The notes beneath the pieces are model-generated. The model saw only the letters and a program-made list of their open reading frames with translations. It was not told the origin of the DNA and did not search any database. DNA of 64,000 nt from Squalus acanthias (lineage: Eukaryota): NCBI GenBank assembly GCA_030390025.1, contig CM059432.1:29886001-29950000 (forward strand). Reading direction: 5' to 3'. Position numbers and translations under genes: made by a program. Positions 1 to 14,075 of the stretch are shown here, one piece after another. Every line of letters starts with the position of its first letter. Position 1 is the first letter of the stretch.

Positions 1-77
1 GGTGTGTGGGAGAAGACAATATTGTTAGATTTGGCTGTTATATTCCCCTCAGCTGACACTAACTAATGAAGGATGGA

Positions 78-535
78 AGAAAGATTTGCATTTATATAGT
101 GTCTTGCACCTCAGAACGTCCCAAAGTGCTTTACAGCCAATTAAGTACTTTTTGAATGAACTCACCACTGTGGTCATGTAGCAAACATTAGCAGCCAATT
201 TACGCACAGCAGGCTCCCACAAACAGTAATGAAATAAATACCAGATCATCTGTTTTAGTGATGTTAGTTGAGGGATAAATGTTGGCCAGGGCACCGGGAC
301 AACACCCCAGCTTTTCTACGAATAGTACCGCGGGTTCTTTTACGCCCACCTGGAGAGTGCAGATGGGTCCTCAGTTTAACGTCTTGTCTGAAAGACGGCA
401 CCTCCGATGGTCCGGCACAGCCTCAGTAAAACGCGGAGATGTCAGCCTAGATTATGTGTGCAAGTCTCTGGAGTGCGACTTGGACCCACAAGCTTCTGGC
501 TCGGAGGCGAGAGTGCTACCCCTGAGCCACGGTTG
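78..535 (-). mobile_element. tRNA-derived DeuSINE (SacSINE1/AmnSINE1-like)
   Basis: tRNA-like head, Deu-domain-like core and ...ctatataaatgcaa tail on the minus strand; several sister copies in the window. Confidence 0.75.
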
Positions 536-1774
536 ACACAAATGGGCACTTGTATGAGAATGTAGCTGCTGCCTGTGGAACTGTACCCCAGCATGACTCA
601 GTAGCTTCAGGACAGGAAGAAAATTGAGAAACCGAAAAAAAAGCACTGCAGATAAATTACACTGTAATTAGAGGGGAATCAGTACTAATTGCAATTATCA
701 TTAAAAACACTTAATTTGACATTTGACTGGAATTTCCTTACATGGACTATGAGTGCCATCAGCTAGCTCAGCAGAACATTGAAGAAGTGCTGTAATTCTG
801 TGTTTGCAATTCTCTGCACTTCTACCAAGTAATATTAAAAATCTGTTCCACAAATGTAAGGGACTACCTCCAGCTGGTCCTAGTGGCTCATTTTAAAAAG
901 AGAAAAATAAAACTCAGATATAATGAACTCGCAGAGACTGGGAGTCAATTCCTAACACTTCCATGGAGGTTGTGGGTGCTACTCTGGTAATGAGTAGTAT
1001 GTCTGTAGGGGATTACAGAGAACGCATTAAAGTTGCTCCTTTAAGCTGTGTGCCAACTGGGAACATCATGGAGGGGGTTTTAGAGAATGAGTTGCGACTT
1101 GTGTGAAAGGTTATTTCTATAACTAAATATAACAAAAAAAAGCTGTACAGGTGTAGGAGTATTAATGTGCTGTGCCACAGGTACGTTAATATGGACCTGT
1201 GATTTTCCCACATGCAGTGGGTATAAGGGCTAGGAGCACCTGCATGGAATTCATTTTATATAGGAATATTACACCACGAAACACAGAGTGCATTACATAC
1301 CCTTACAATGGAGAGTTTATTATATAACTATAGAGTATTAAACCCCTCTAATATAGAGTGCATTACAATATAATACATGCTGAAATATTCCACCTCTGTG
1401 TTGCAGAGTACATCACAGACAAGTGTTGTACCCATGAACAGAGTCAAGTGGGAGTCTATACCGAAAGCATAGATAGGCTGCGTTTAATGATAAAGGCTTG
1501 GAGCTTGAAATACAGTGAGACCCGCTCTGCTGGCGAAGCGCAGTAGAGTGCAACGCCCAGTCTGCCGTACAACCTGCTCCACATTACAGGGAAGGGGTCA
1601 TTAAATACTCACGCGGGACCATCGCATCTGTGGCGCCTACCCCAACGGAAGCCCGAAAAGTCAGCTGACGCCATGGCGCGTTGATGCAGCACAGGTGTCC
1701 TGGAGAAGGTCTCCCCACACACAGAGCAGTCCAACTCTGCAGCTTCCAAAGCAGTGTTCGAGTTGACCTTCTGA

Positions 1775-2400
1775 CCCCATATCCTCTCCATTACCAGACC
1801 ACCTACTTCCACCTCCGTCCCTGCCTCAGCACATCTGCTGCTGAAACTCTCATCCATACTTTTATTACCTCCAGACTCGACTATTCCCATGCTCTCCTGG
1901 CTGGCCTCCCATCTTCCAGCCTCCATAAACCAGCTCATCCAAAACTCTGCTGCCCATATCCTAACTCACACCAATTCCTATTCACCCATCACCCTGTGCT
2001 CGCTGACCTACACTGGCTCCCGGTCCAACAATGCCTTGATTTTTAAAACTCATCCTTGTGTTCAAATCTCTCCATGGCCTCGCAACCCTAATTCTAACCA
2101 CCCCCAGTCCTACAACCCTCCGAGAGCTCTGCGTTTCTCCAACTCTGGCCTCTTGTGCATCCCCAAATTCCTTCGCCTCACCATTGGCGGCCATGCCTTC
2201 AGTTGTCTAGGCCTTAAACTCTGGAATTCCCTCGCTAATCTTCTCCACTTCCCTCTTTTTCTTCAACACGTGACTTAAAACCTACCTCTTTGACCAAGAT
2301 TTTGGTTTAGTGCCTTTTTTTGTCTGATTATGCTCCTGTGAAGCACCTTGGGACATTTTGCTACATTAAAAGGCACTATCTAAATGCAAGTTATTGTTGA
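1775..2400 (+). mobile_element. L2 LINE 3' fragment
   Basis: Peptides LRPCLSTSAAETLIHTFITSRLDY, LHWLPV, LWNSL typical of the L2 ORF2 C-terminus; tail ataaatgcaagttgttg-like. Confidence 0.85.
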
Positions 2401-2882
2401 GCTGTCTCTGACCAAAATGCATCACTTCACACTTCTTTGCGTTAAATTGCATCTGCCATGTGTCTGCCCATTTCACCAGTCTGTCTGTATTCTCCTGAAG
2501 TCTGTTACTATCCTCCTTATTGTTTACTATATTTTCGAGTTTTGTATTATCTGCAAACTTTGAAATTACGCCTTGTATACACAAGTCCAGGTCATTAATA
2601 TATCAAAAAGATCAGTGGTCTCAATACCGACCCCTGGGGAACACCACTGTATACGTTCCTCCAATCTGAAAAACAACCGTTCACTACTACTCTCTGCTTT
2701 CTGTCCCATAGCCAATTTTGTATCTATGCTGCCATTGTCCCTTTAATCCCATGGGCTTTAATTTTGCTAACAAGTCTATTATGTGTTACTTTGTCAAATG
2801 CCTTTTGAAAGTCCTGATACACATCATCAACTGTATTAGCCTCATCAACCCTCTCCATTACTTCGAAGAACACGATCAAGTT
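2401..2882 (-). mobile_element. CR1 LINE RT fragment
   Basis: DFQKAFDKV, ISKFADNTKL, WQMQFNAKKCEVMHFG. Confidence 0.9.
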
Positions 2883-3516
2883 AGAGTACTGCCAACCTTT
2901 TAAGTACATACTCTTTATCTATTTTTATCTCCGTCATAGGCTCTGTCAGGCTTATCAGGAGATGGACTGAGCTGAATTTCCTGGTGAAGTCCAGTCACGC
3001 CTCCTTGATGTTTGGGCGGGTGGAAGCTCCCAGCCCCGAAATTCCTAGCCTCCTCTAAATGGGGTTATCCTGATTCTACCTCATCCGTCCTCCAGCACTT
3101 ATGCTAGAAATGAGCCTGGCCTTGGAATTCCAGCCCCCTTGAATACCAGCAACATTGGTTTCCTCAGTCACTGCTGAGAGTATTATTGGAAGGGGTCATA
3201 AATTACAAAGTAAGTTAAAGCCCCTATATCGACTCATTTGTTCGTGAATGTAGAAGCTGTAGGCATGTCCTGGCAGCTTCCACACGTGGTAACGAGAGCA
3301 CTGGGCATTAGATCCACTGTGGTTTTACAACAAACCATGATTTTAAAGTTGTAATACCCATAAAAGGAAGGCACTTTCCTTAAGATACACTGTTCTGTCT
3401 TCAAGAAGCTTCAGAAAAAGGAAAGCTTGTAATATGCACAAGTCCCATGTTAGAGGTGACTGCAATGATGGACTAAACTTGCCACAAACCATAAGTCTGG
3501 CTGCTGGGAAGACTGT

Positions 3517-3950
3517 GGCCGGGATTTTAACCCTCCTTGTCCAGCGAGAATGGCATGTGGAAGGGGTTAAAATGTGAAAATTCTGGCTCCAACCCACCGT
3601 GTTCCCGGCCGGTGTAATTTTTATGATGGCGACTCATGGCATTGTCAAGGCTCCCGCTAAAGGCAGGCGAGGACCTACTTAACATTCAAATGCTGCGACC
3701 CGATGACGTCATCGGCGCCACGACGTCATCTTTACTTCAAGTCAGGGGGAGTTCCGCACTGTCTGCAGCCCAGCAGCAGAACCACAGCGGGAGGCGCTGA
3801 CTAGCCAGAAGAGGTCAAGGTAAGTTTTTTAAAATGACTTTTCTCAGAACTCCGTGTGGGCCAGGAGGAGCAGGCGTGCTCCCCCCAGGCCTACGCAAGG
3901 AGTCCCTGGGCCCCCCAGCCTCTGCTTCCATTTACTGCCAGGAAGATTTA
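3517..3950. mobile_element. GC-rich non-autonomous DNA transposon fragment (Harbinger/MITE-like)
   Basis: Begins ggccgggatttt, like the termini of the 32544 and 51282 inserts; CpG-rich interior; right end unclear. Confidence 0.4.
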
Positions 3951-5194
3951 TAACATTGAAAAAATATCAGGTGGCTGGGAAATGAGATTTTTGTTCACCA
4001 GAATGAATGTAAAGGGAAACAAATATGTCCCGGGTAAATATTCCTTTACAGTTGGTCTTGAAGCCTTTCAAAGTATATATATTTAGCCAAATAAAATTTA
4101 ATTGGACATCAATTATAGGGAAGCTTTTTTACAACATGCTGAGAAATCTGCCATACAGCTATTGAAGTGTTACATAGTGCCGCAGATACATCTTAAAATA
4201 GGCAGCACAATTTGAATGAGCTGCAAGAAAGCTTTACTTCCCCATATCAGACATCATCACTCAGCAGCTCACTACTGATAGTAAAGGCATCAATTCTCGA
4301 GTAAATATTTGTACATTTTTTCAACTAAAATTAAAGGCAGCAAAAATAATAAGATGACATTTATGTGGAACATTGCTAGTTTCCTTCCCCTTTAAGTCAG
4401 TGACTCTGCAGGGTTAGCATCAAGTGACTTGATATCAATGTTTTCTCCGAAGGGACTCATGTTTATCCACCAATCTCTGGTGAATAGATAGTGACTTAGA
4501 AAGTTACAAATGGAAGCATTCCTTACACAGACCAGGTGCTGGAATGCACTCAAGCCAACAATAGCTTGTATCTTAACCACTTTCTGCGTTTAGTCTGCGG
4601 AAATAAATTTCTCATCCAGTAAATTTCTGTTATGCTTGAAAAAGGAACCTATCAAGTGTTGAAAGCTTGTAACATTCGCATAATAGAGACGCTATACTGA
4701 ATATTGAACACTGGACTGACTGTTCAGACCAGTCTGCCACTATAGCTTGATGTGATGCGACAAGAGGGGAACAGTATGACACAAACAAGCGAATGTGTAA
4801 GACAGAATGCGTGACAGAAACCAAGACCAACAGAGAGATGGAATCCAAAAGCGAGACACAAACACATGCCATGTCACAATGACCAACCTGCACCAAAGCT
4901 GTGACCCATTACAGGCCTAAACTTGGTCACATCAAAAGAAGTGAAAAATTAACAAAGTTACACTAAATGTCACACAATCTCCAAATTTATCTCATTTTAA
5001 GAAAGAGGTAGCTGCATTCATTTGCTGCCATTAGTTCAAGAGAAGAGATAATGAATAGCTGCTGGGAGATCAAGGCTATCCGCTACACCCATGGTTGTTT
5101 ACCTCAGTGAAACAGCCAAGGAGGGCTGCAGAGTGAAAGAATGAGGTCCATGCTGCCACCAGGGTCTTGGTGGAATAGATGATTAGCATCCGGA

Positions 5195-5635
5195 GTGGGG
5201 CCCAGTAGTGGTTATGTTACTGGATTAGTAATCCAGAAGTCTGGACTAAAAATCCTGAGAATGCGAGTTCAATTGCACCATGGCAGTTTAAGAATTTGAA
5301 TTCTGTGTTAAAAAAAAAAATCTGGCAATAAAATGCCGCTACCAGTAAAAGTGACCAGGAAGCTGTCGGATTGTCGTAAAACCCCAACTGATTCACTAAT
5401 GTCCTTTATGGAAGGAAACCTGCCGTCCTTACCGGTCTGGCCTATATGTGACTCCAGTCCCCACACCAACATAGTTGACTCTTAAATCTGTAGTGACCTA
5501 GCAAGCCATTGAGCTGTATAAAACCGCTACAAAGTATTGTGGTGGTTTGAGATGATGGCCCACCTTCTCAGGGCAATAAATGCTGGCCTTGCCAGTGACA
5601 CCAACATCCTGAGAATGAATAAAGAGTAAAAAAAA
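5195..5635 (+). mobile_element. tRNA-derived SINE carrying the 3' tail of the 8268-10075 LINE family
   Basis: Box A/B-like head (agtggtt...gagttcaa); tail caccttctc.gggcaataaatgctggccttgccag shared with LINE ends at 8268 and 56478. Confidence 0.65.
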
Positions 5636-8267
5636 GAACTTGTTGGGTGTCTGACAGCAATTGAAATTCAGGATTCAGCTGACAAACTGTTTGAGCTTTT
5701 TTTTTGCGGTTTATGATGCCCCCTGCACCCCTTGTTTGCAATACTTCCATTTTAATACACTGCCAGCCTGTCTTCCTAAGGAAAGAAAAGACCCTGATGA
5801 AATAAAATTGGAATCGGGAGCCTCGTTATCAACATTATGAAGCAAACTGATTTATTTTCAATGTAAGCCTCAGTCAGCACCAACACAATTTCTTAATGTG
5901 CACAACGCACAATCAATTACTCAGACTTAATAGCAGCAGCATAAAAACAGCAGTCACTTTATTAGGCTGTTTGTGTCCTGCATTGCGAACGAACTGCTAC
6001 TGTAATTAAGGCTCCCTTTAAAAACTGCTGCCTTTCGCACATTTTTAATGATCTTGTGGCTTCAGATCATACTAGGACCCTGCCGCTCAGCCATTACGGG
6101 GTTGGGATTAGACACAAACATTTCATTAATGTTTACACGTCTCTCCAAGGTACTCCTCAGCTAGGAACTGGAATGATTTACCATTTTCAGGCCCTTAGTA
6201 TCAGCACATCGCTATACCAGGCTAAGTACAGCATGATTTCCGCTACTATACCTCAACAATGTGTCTCAGCTTCAACCTCAAAACAGCTCCCTCTATTGTA
6301 CCAGCATGCCAGTGTGTTTATTTCCCACACCAGCCATCCTGTGGCCTCTCAGGGAGACTGTCAATTTAATGCAAAATTGGCAACAGTTTTTAAAATCTTT
6401 TTGTTGTGAGCTCATGCCCACTAGGAACCCGATTAAGAATGCCCAACTCATTTCACATAGGTCCTTTATGGCCAACAGTCAGAAGAGAGTTTCATCTGAA
6501 CGCAGGTTCCAGGGTGAAAGACAACTACTTAATTGATTGTGCACCCTCATTTAAATGCTTTAATATGGTTTATGACTTGGCCCCAAATGTTTGGGCATTT
6601 CCATAGTTAACATTTCTGTACCAATCAAGATTCAGAAACACACAAACTTCATTTGTTGACCTATACGGTTCTTGGTCACTGGAAACAGCAAAAACCACCA
6701 ACAAGAAGACTACATGAGGGGGAAGAGATTACTCAGAGCATTGGGAACAAAGGCCAGAGTTCAAGGTATCCGTTAGTACCATTCAAGTATAAAAATCACA
6801 AACAAATTCTGTTTGTTGAGTTAATATACTAAAATATATATTAGTCATAATATTATTTCTAATGTATATACTTGAGTTATTGGACTGGGTGATTTAGAAT
6901 ACAGTCAATATATATTATAAATAACAGTGCATATACATGATCAGAACATGAAGAGTTACATCCAAAATATTACCATCACCTCATAAAATATTTAAATTAC
7001 CTGACCTCACAGACGGTGCCTCCAACGCACAGCATAAAATGTGCCGGGAGTGTGTGGAGGTGATGGAACTGAGTTATCGGACACCAGCAGCTGGTAATGG
7101 GCTGCTGCCACCCTTAACGATGCGCCAGTTTTTTAATTTTTAAATGATTTGCATCAAAAAAGATCTTTGTATGTAGATTTGTGTTGGAGGCCAAGGTGCA
7201 GGAGGATCTGCAAGGACGAATGGGCCCACATGGAGGAGAGGGCCAATGGTGGCTTCCCTTGAAGTGCCCGTGGCAAACAGCATTAAGTGTCGCCCTACTA
7301 AGGCCTCCACGTGCATTATGGGGCTTATTCATAATTAGCATGGGAATAGGGCTTGAATGAGCTTTGTGCAGAAAGTATGCACAGGCTTTAAGCAGATTCA
7401 GCACCAGTGAACTGCACTTGGGGTGCTGGGCACATTAGAGGAGATTATCCTGGGTCTGTCTGTGCCCAGGGTACTGATTCCCTGCGTAGTGAATATCGGA
7501 AAATCTAGCAGGTTGGAAAGGAACCTGTGACTTTCCTCCATTTAAATTAATGGAGGTAAATCAGGTGTATTCCTTTACAGACGTGCACTCCGACCAGTCT
7601 GATTTTCTAGCATTTGCTGCGCTCAGGAGATGCAGACCCAAGAAAATCTCCCCTATTAGGTGCTTAGCAGATTTCAATGCCCAATAATGCCAGGCACCCA
7701 ACACAATGTACAGCAATGGTTCCAATATCATGGACCTTATTAATACCCACAATTATACACAGGCAGAGACAAACATGGAACTGTTTCAGAGTGAATACTT
7801 ACACATAGCACTTAAAACAATAACACATAACTGGATGGCCTCATGAAAGCTGCAAGGTTGGTAATGTGGCCCTGTATCGAAAATGAATGCTACTACCTTA
7901 TAAGGACAATGCAATTCATGAAACTGAATAACTTACAAGAGCTTTTGCTTGCTACGAATGACAAATTAAATTCTAAATGAAGACTGAAGAGGACATTATA
8001 GTTTGTGGTAATATATTGCAACATTAAGTGAATAAAAAAAAAAACCTGTTTCCTTTCAGGGCCTGTAATATTTAGTGCTATCTGTGGAATATTCACCTGG
8101 GGAGAGGTTAGAGGGGTAGCATGGATGAGGTGAGCTCAAAATGACGTGTCTAACGATGGAAGAGTCAAGTCTCTGCGAAAGACTCTAAGTCAAGACCTGA
8201 GCCAGGCAGGTCAGAACCAATAATGCCAGGGAGCTTTTGATGACTGACCAGCCAGCCTGGCTCATTT

Positions 8268-10075
8268 AAAAAAAAGTTTATGGAATGTAGGCGTCCCTAG
8301 TTGTCCTTGAGAAGGTGGTGGTGAGCCGCCTTCTTGAACCACTGCAGTCCGTGTGGTGAAGGTACTCCCACAGTGCTGTTAGGTAGGGAGTTCCAGGATT
8401 TTGACCCAGCGACAATGAAGGATCGGCGATATACTAAGTCAGGATGGTGTGTGACTTGGAGGCGGTGGTGTTCCCATGTGCCTGCTGCCCTTGTCCTTCT
8501 AGGTGGAAGAGGTCACGGGTTTGGGAGGTGCTGCTGAAGAAGCCTTGGCGAGTTGCTGCAGTGCATCTTGTAGATGGTACACACTGCAGCCACGGTACGC
8601 CGGTGGTGGAGGGAGTGAATGTTTAAGGTGGTGGATGGGGTGCCAATCAAGCAGGCTGCTTTGTCCTGGAGCTTCTTGAGCGTTGTTGGAGCTGCACTCA
8701 TCCAGGCAAGTGGAGAGTATTCCATCACACTCCTTACTTATGCCTTGTAGATGATGGAAAGGCTTTGGGGAGTAAGGAGGTGAGACACTCTCCGCAGAAC
8801 ACCTAGCCTCTGACCTGCTCTTGTTGCCACAGTATTTATGTGGCTGGTCCAGTTAAGTTTCTGGTCAATGGTGATCCCCAGGATGTGGATTCGGCGATGG
8901 TAATGCCGTTGAATATCAAGGGGCGGTGGTTAGACTCGCGTTTGTTGGAGATAGTCATTGCCTGGCACTTCTGTGGCGCAAATATTACCTGCCACTTATC
9001 AGCCCAAGCCTGAACGTCATCCAGGTCTTGTTGCATGCGGGCATAGACTGCTTCATTATCTGAGGAGTTGGGAATGGCACTGAACACTGTGCAGTCATCA
9101 GCGAACATCCCCATTTCTGACCTTATGTTGGAGGGAAGGTCATTGATGAAGCAACTGAAGATGGTTGGGCCTAGGACACTGCCCTGAGAAACTCCTGTTG
9201 TGATGTCCTGGGGCTGTGATGATTGACCTTCAGTCACCACAACCATCTTCCTTTGTGCTAGGTATGACTCCAGCCAGTGGAGAGTTTTCTCCCCCGATTC
9301 CCATTGACTTCAGTTTTACTAGGACTCCTTGATGCCACACTCGGTCAAATGCTGCCTTGATGTCTAGGGCAGTCACTCTCACCTCACCTGTGGAATTCAG
9401 CTCCTTTGTCCATGTTTGGACCATTGCTGTAATGGGGTCGAGAGCCGAGTGGTCTTGGCGGAACCCAAACTGGGCATCAGTGAGCAGGTTATTGGTAAGT
9501 GCCGCTTGATAGCACTGTCAACGACACCTTCCATCACTTTGCTGATGACTGAGAGTAGACTGATGGGGCGGTAATTGGCCGGATTGGATTTGTCTTGCTT
9601 TTTGTGGACAGGAGAAACCTGGGCAGTTTTCCACATTGTCGGATAGATACCAGTGTTGTAGCTGTACTGGAACAGCTTGGCTAGAGGCGCGGCTAGTTCT
9701 GGAGCACAAATCTTCAGCACGATAGCCAGGATGTTGTTGTTTGTTGTATCCAGTGCGCTCAGCCGTTTCTTGATATCACGTGGAGTGAATCGAATTGGCT
9801 GAAGATTGGCTTCTGTGATGGTGGGGACCTCAGGAGTAGGCCAATATGGATCATCCACTCGGCACTTCTGGCTGAAGATGGTTGCAAACGTTTCAGCCTT
9901 GTCTTTTGTACTCACGTGCTGGGCTCCACCATCATTGAGGATGGGGATATTCATGGAGCCTCCTCCTCCCATTAGTTGTTTAATGGTCCACCACCATTCA
10001 CAACTGGATGTGGCAGGACTGCAGAGCTTTGATCTGATCCGTTGATTGTGGGATCGCTTAGCCCTGTCTATAGCA
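8268..10075 (-). mobile_element. 5'-truncated CR1-group LINE of a second, divergent family (frameshifted RT)
   Basis: NPANYRPISLLS, LDIKAAFDRVWH, GVSQGSVLGP, MFADD in successive frames; A-rich 3' end at ~8268. Confidence 0.85.
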
Positions 10076-11699
10076 TTAATGGGACTAAAGCTGTAGATCT
10101 TCCACTTGAAGTTGTCAATCTTTCCACTCAGCTCCAGATAACTCTGAACAACAGGTAGCGTGTTCCTAGTTCAACAAGCAAAAATTCATCTTTTGATCTT
10201 TGGTCTTCTTATCTAATTTCCTTGGCGGTTACATCATCGAGTACAAAGGTGCTCTTGTACATGGAGTGCTATGTAAATACAAGTTGTTGTTGACTCAACT
10301 TGCAGCCTATTAGTGGGTGGTATAGCATGTTGCTCCATTACTGTCTTCCCCAATCCACACCCAGTAGGTGTGGGCAGACTTAAAAATAATTCCCATTGTA
10401 ATTATATTCCCACAGATGCACAACTTAGCTGGCAGTAACTTGGCATTCTTCCTCAGAGCGCCCATACAATCAGACAGCGAGAGATGATAATCTCACATGG
10501 CTGCAGTTAGGCTGAGCTCTATTTTCAGGGTAATGAATGCAGAGCTCCACATTCTGTCTCAGCCACCCCATACATCACCTGAGTGACAGAGCTAGTCAGC
10601 ACTTGGTGAGTATAAGTTCTGCTTTTCCAGCCGTGCCTTACCTTAACTGACACATGAAGATACACAGTGAGCAAACCATATTGTGGTTTAAAAGCTGATA
10701 GGGCACTTGGGCCATATGGAGCTCTTGGCTCCTAGTAGTAATTACAGGTAGGCACAGATTAAAAAGGATCCCTCATAACACATCTTCTCATACTCAAGAT
10801 TGTACCCACACTGTCCAAAATTTGTGACAGGCAGAATATGCGGAGGAGATTAACATGGGTTTGGAGAGGGTGTGGTTATAGGGAAGCAGAGAAGAACAAT
10901 AAGAAAATAAAAACAAAACCGAGACAACGGTCTTGAGATTATGCCACATGATGTAGTGAATCCTGAACGCATTAGTGAAATTCCTTTCTGCGCTATTTTA
11001 ACGGAGGTGTTAACTAGCTTGTTTCAAACAGGTTAACTTTTTTTTTTAAACGAGCGGAGGAAGGAATTTCATACGAGCTCATTCAACATCCATCAGCTAG
11101 TATCCACAGTGGAATTTCAAGCCCACAAAATACTAAGTGGGAATGGCATGTCACAAAACTATACTGAAGCATCACTTGTGCCATGAGCTCAAATATTCAG
11201 AATTCAAACACGTTTTAACAACCCACCATCCTGAAGGGTGGATTTAACATTTATTTTTATCCCTTTGTCAACTTTAATGGAAAGTGCTTTCGTTAAGCGG
11301 TATCGATATTTTCCCAAAGCTTTTGGTCTCTTCAAAATATATTCAGACGGCCCTGGCACTTTCTTAGGAGATGGATATAAACAAACTTTATTTGGGATGT
11401 AACCAGCTCTGGCATTGATTCATGATTTTTTCGCTAATTTATGTAAAAACAGTGGAGTCCATTTAACAGCTCTCTGCCCTTAATAAAACACCCATACATC
11501 AACCAAATGCAAAGTGATCACTAAGTTCAGCATAATTATCTGTATTTAACCCTTGCAGAGCCTAAACGCGAGTTGGAGCAGATTGAAAGCTGATAAAGTT
11601 GCAAGGTATTATACCACAAGTGTTTGCTGTTTATTACTCGCAAGTTTATGTCTCTGCTAAGCGCTAGTACAATATTTTTTATTGGTTAAACCACTTATC

Positions 11700-12045
11700 C
11701 TAGCGTATGTCTTGTTTTTCCCATCCTCTCTTTAAAGCTGTGACTCACGCTCGGTATGTTTCCACAGATGCCAGCACTTGTGTGAGAGCGCTTGGTTGGA
11801 GGTGGGGAGGGAAATCACAGTTGAGCCCGACTCTGCCCCACCTTTTATGAGTCACGCTGAAGTCTCTGGACAGTAATCAGGAATGGAAATTCCATTCCCC
11901 TTCCCAGCCCAGGGATGCCTCTTTTCTCGTTCCTTCCTCCTCAGCCGCAGCTTGTTTTGAAATGAGCAAACTCAGCATAGACTGGGGATCAAATGTGGTT
12001 TGTGTAGCTCATTACTACACTGAGTTATCAGGGGAGCTGGCTTAT
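11700..12045 (-). mobile_element. LF-SINE-like SINE, degenerate
   Basis: Reverse-complement similarity to the copies at 18225, 20760 and 43050. Confidence 0.5.
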
Positions 12046-12061
12046 TCACTTTAATGTTTAC

Positions 12062-12598
12062 TACAACAACAAGTATTTATATAGCGCCTTTAATGTAGTA
12101 AAACGTCCCAAGGCGCTTCACAGGAGTATTAAAAGACAAAAAATTTGACACCAAGCCACATAAGGAGAAATTAGGCCAGGTGACCAAAAGCTTGGTCAAA
12201 GAGGTAGGTTTTAAGGAGTGTCTTAAAGGAGGAAAGAGAGGTAGCGAGGTTTAGGCAGGGAATTCCAGAGCTTAGGGCCTAGGCTACAGAAGGCATGGCC
12301 ACCAATGGTTGAGCGATTATAATCAGGGATGCTCAAGAGAGCAGAATTAGAGGAGTGCAGATATCTCAGGGGGTTGTGGGGCTGAAGGAGATTACAGAGA
12401 TAGGGAGGGGCGAGGCCATGGAGAGATTTGAAAACAAGGATGAGAATTTTGAAATCGAGGCGTTGCTTAACCGGGAGCCAATGTAGGTCAGTGAGCACAG
12501 GGGTGATGGGTGAACGGGACTTGGTGCGAGTTAGGACACAGGCAGCCGAGTTTGGACACAGGCAGCCAAGTTTTGGATGACCTCAAGTTTACGTAGGG
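12062..12598 (-). mobile_element. L2 LINE 3' fragment
   Basis: LTDLHWLPVKQRLDFKILILVFKSLHGLAPPYL...LWNSLP. Confidence 0.9.
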
Positions 12599-12976
12599 TA
12601 CTACTGCATTTGGGCAGTCTCAACTCAGTTCTTCAGAGTCAAGCGCTACCAGCTCATGTGCAGCGCTGTTACGTGGAGATAATTGGGTAATCTGTATGGA
12701 TAGTAATCCATTCCCTTGCAATAATGCCCTCACCTACAAAGAGTGTCGTTAAAAACTGTTTAAAATAATAGATACTTTAAGTTAAAATTAAGTTTCTGCT
12801 GGGTGATTTTTGGGTTGCTTCATATAGCATTACGATGAGTATCACTCTGCAATTTCTCATTAAATACTCTGGTCTGTTCTTCTAAAACTTGTAGAAAATT
12901 AAAGAACAAACTTGAATCATTAGGACTTCCCAAAACGTTTACAGCCAATGGATTACTGTTGAATAGCATTCACTAT

Positions 12977-13758
12977 TGTTATTCACCGACTCCATCCCTC
13001 TCCCTGGCAACTGTCTGAGGCTGAACCAGACTGTTCGCAACCTTGGTGTCATATTTGATCCCAAGATGAACTTCCGACCACATATCCACGCCATCACTAA
13101 GACCACCTATTTCCACCTCCGCAACATCGCTCGACTCCGCCCATGCCTCAACTCATCTGCAGCTGAAACTCTCATCCATGCCTTTGTTACTTCTAGACTT
13201 GAGTATTCCAACGCATTCCTGGCCGGGCTCCCACTTTCTACCCTCCGTAAACTTGAGATCATCCTAAACTCTGCTGCTGTGTCCTAACTCGCACCAAGTC
13301 CCGTTCACCTATCACCCCTGTGCTCGCTGACCTACATTTCCTCCTGGTTAAGCAATGCCCCGATTTTAAAATTCTCATCCTTGTTTTTAAATCCCTCCAT
13401 GGCCTCGTGCCTCATTTCATCTCTGTAATATCATCCAGCCCTACAACTCTGAGACAGCTGCTCTCCTCCAATTCTGGCCTTTTGAGCATCTCCGATTTTA
13501 ATTGCTCAACCATTGGTGGCCGTGCCGTCAGCTGCCAAGGCCCTAAGCTCTGGAATTCCCTCCCTAAACTGCTTCGCCTCGCTACCTCTCTTTCCTCCTT
13601 TAAGATGCTCCTTAAAACCTACCTCTTTGACCAAGCTTTTGGTCACCTGCCCTAATATCTCCTTATGTAGCTTGGTGTCAAATTTTGCTTGATAACACTC
13701 CAAGCACCTTGGGATGTTTTACTATGTTAAAAGCGTTATATAAATTCAAGTTGTTGTT
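12977..13758 (+). mobile_element. L2 LINE 3' fragment inserted into a DeuSINE
   Basis: VRNLGVIFD...YFHLRNIARLR...LWNSLP...LKTYLF; DeuSINE pieces on both sides (~12925-12976 and 13759-14075). Confidence 0.9.
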
Positions 13759-14075
13759 ATGTAGGCAAATACAGCATGTCAATTTTCACACAGCAAGATC
13801 CTACAAACAACAAATTAATCTATTTATATGGTATTAGCTGAGGGAGAAATGATGGCTGGCCACTGGAAGGACCAGTCTTCTGCAAATAGTGTCATGGCAT
13901 CTTTTATGTCCACATATACAGGCAGATATGACCTCGGTTCAATAACTCAACTGAAAGATGGTACCGCCAACAATGCAGCACTCCCTCATAACTAAGTGCT
14001 AACCTGGATCACGGACTCATCCATATTTGGGCTTGAACCCATTAGAGACAACAGTGCTAACAACTGAGCCAAGCT
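13759..14075 (-). mobile_element. DeuSINE, degenerate
   Basis: Similar to 78-535 and 18325-18772. Confidence 0.6.
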
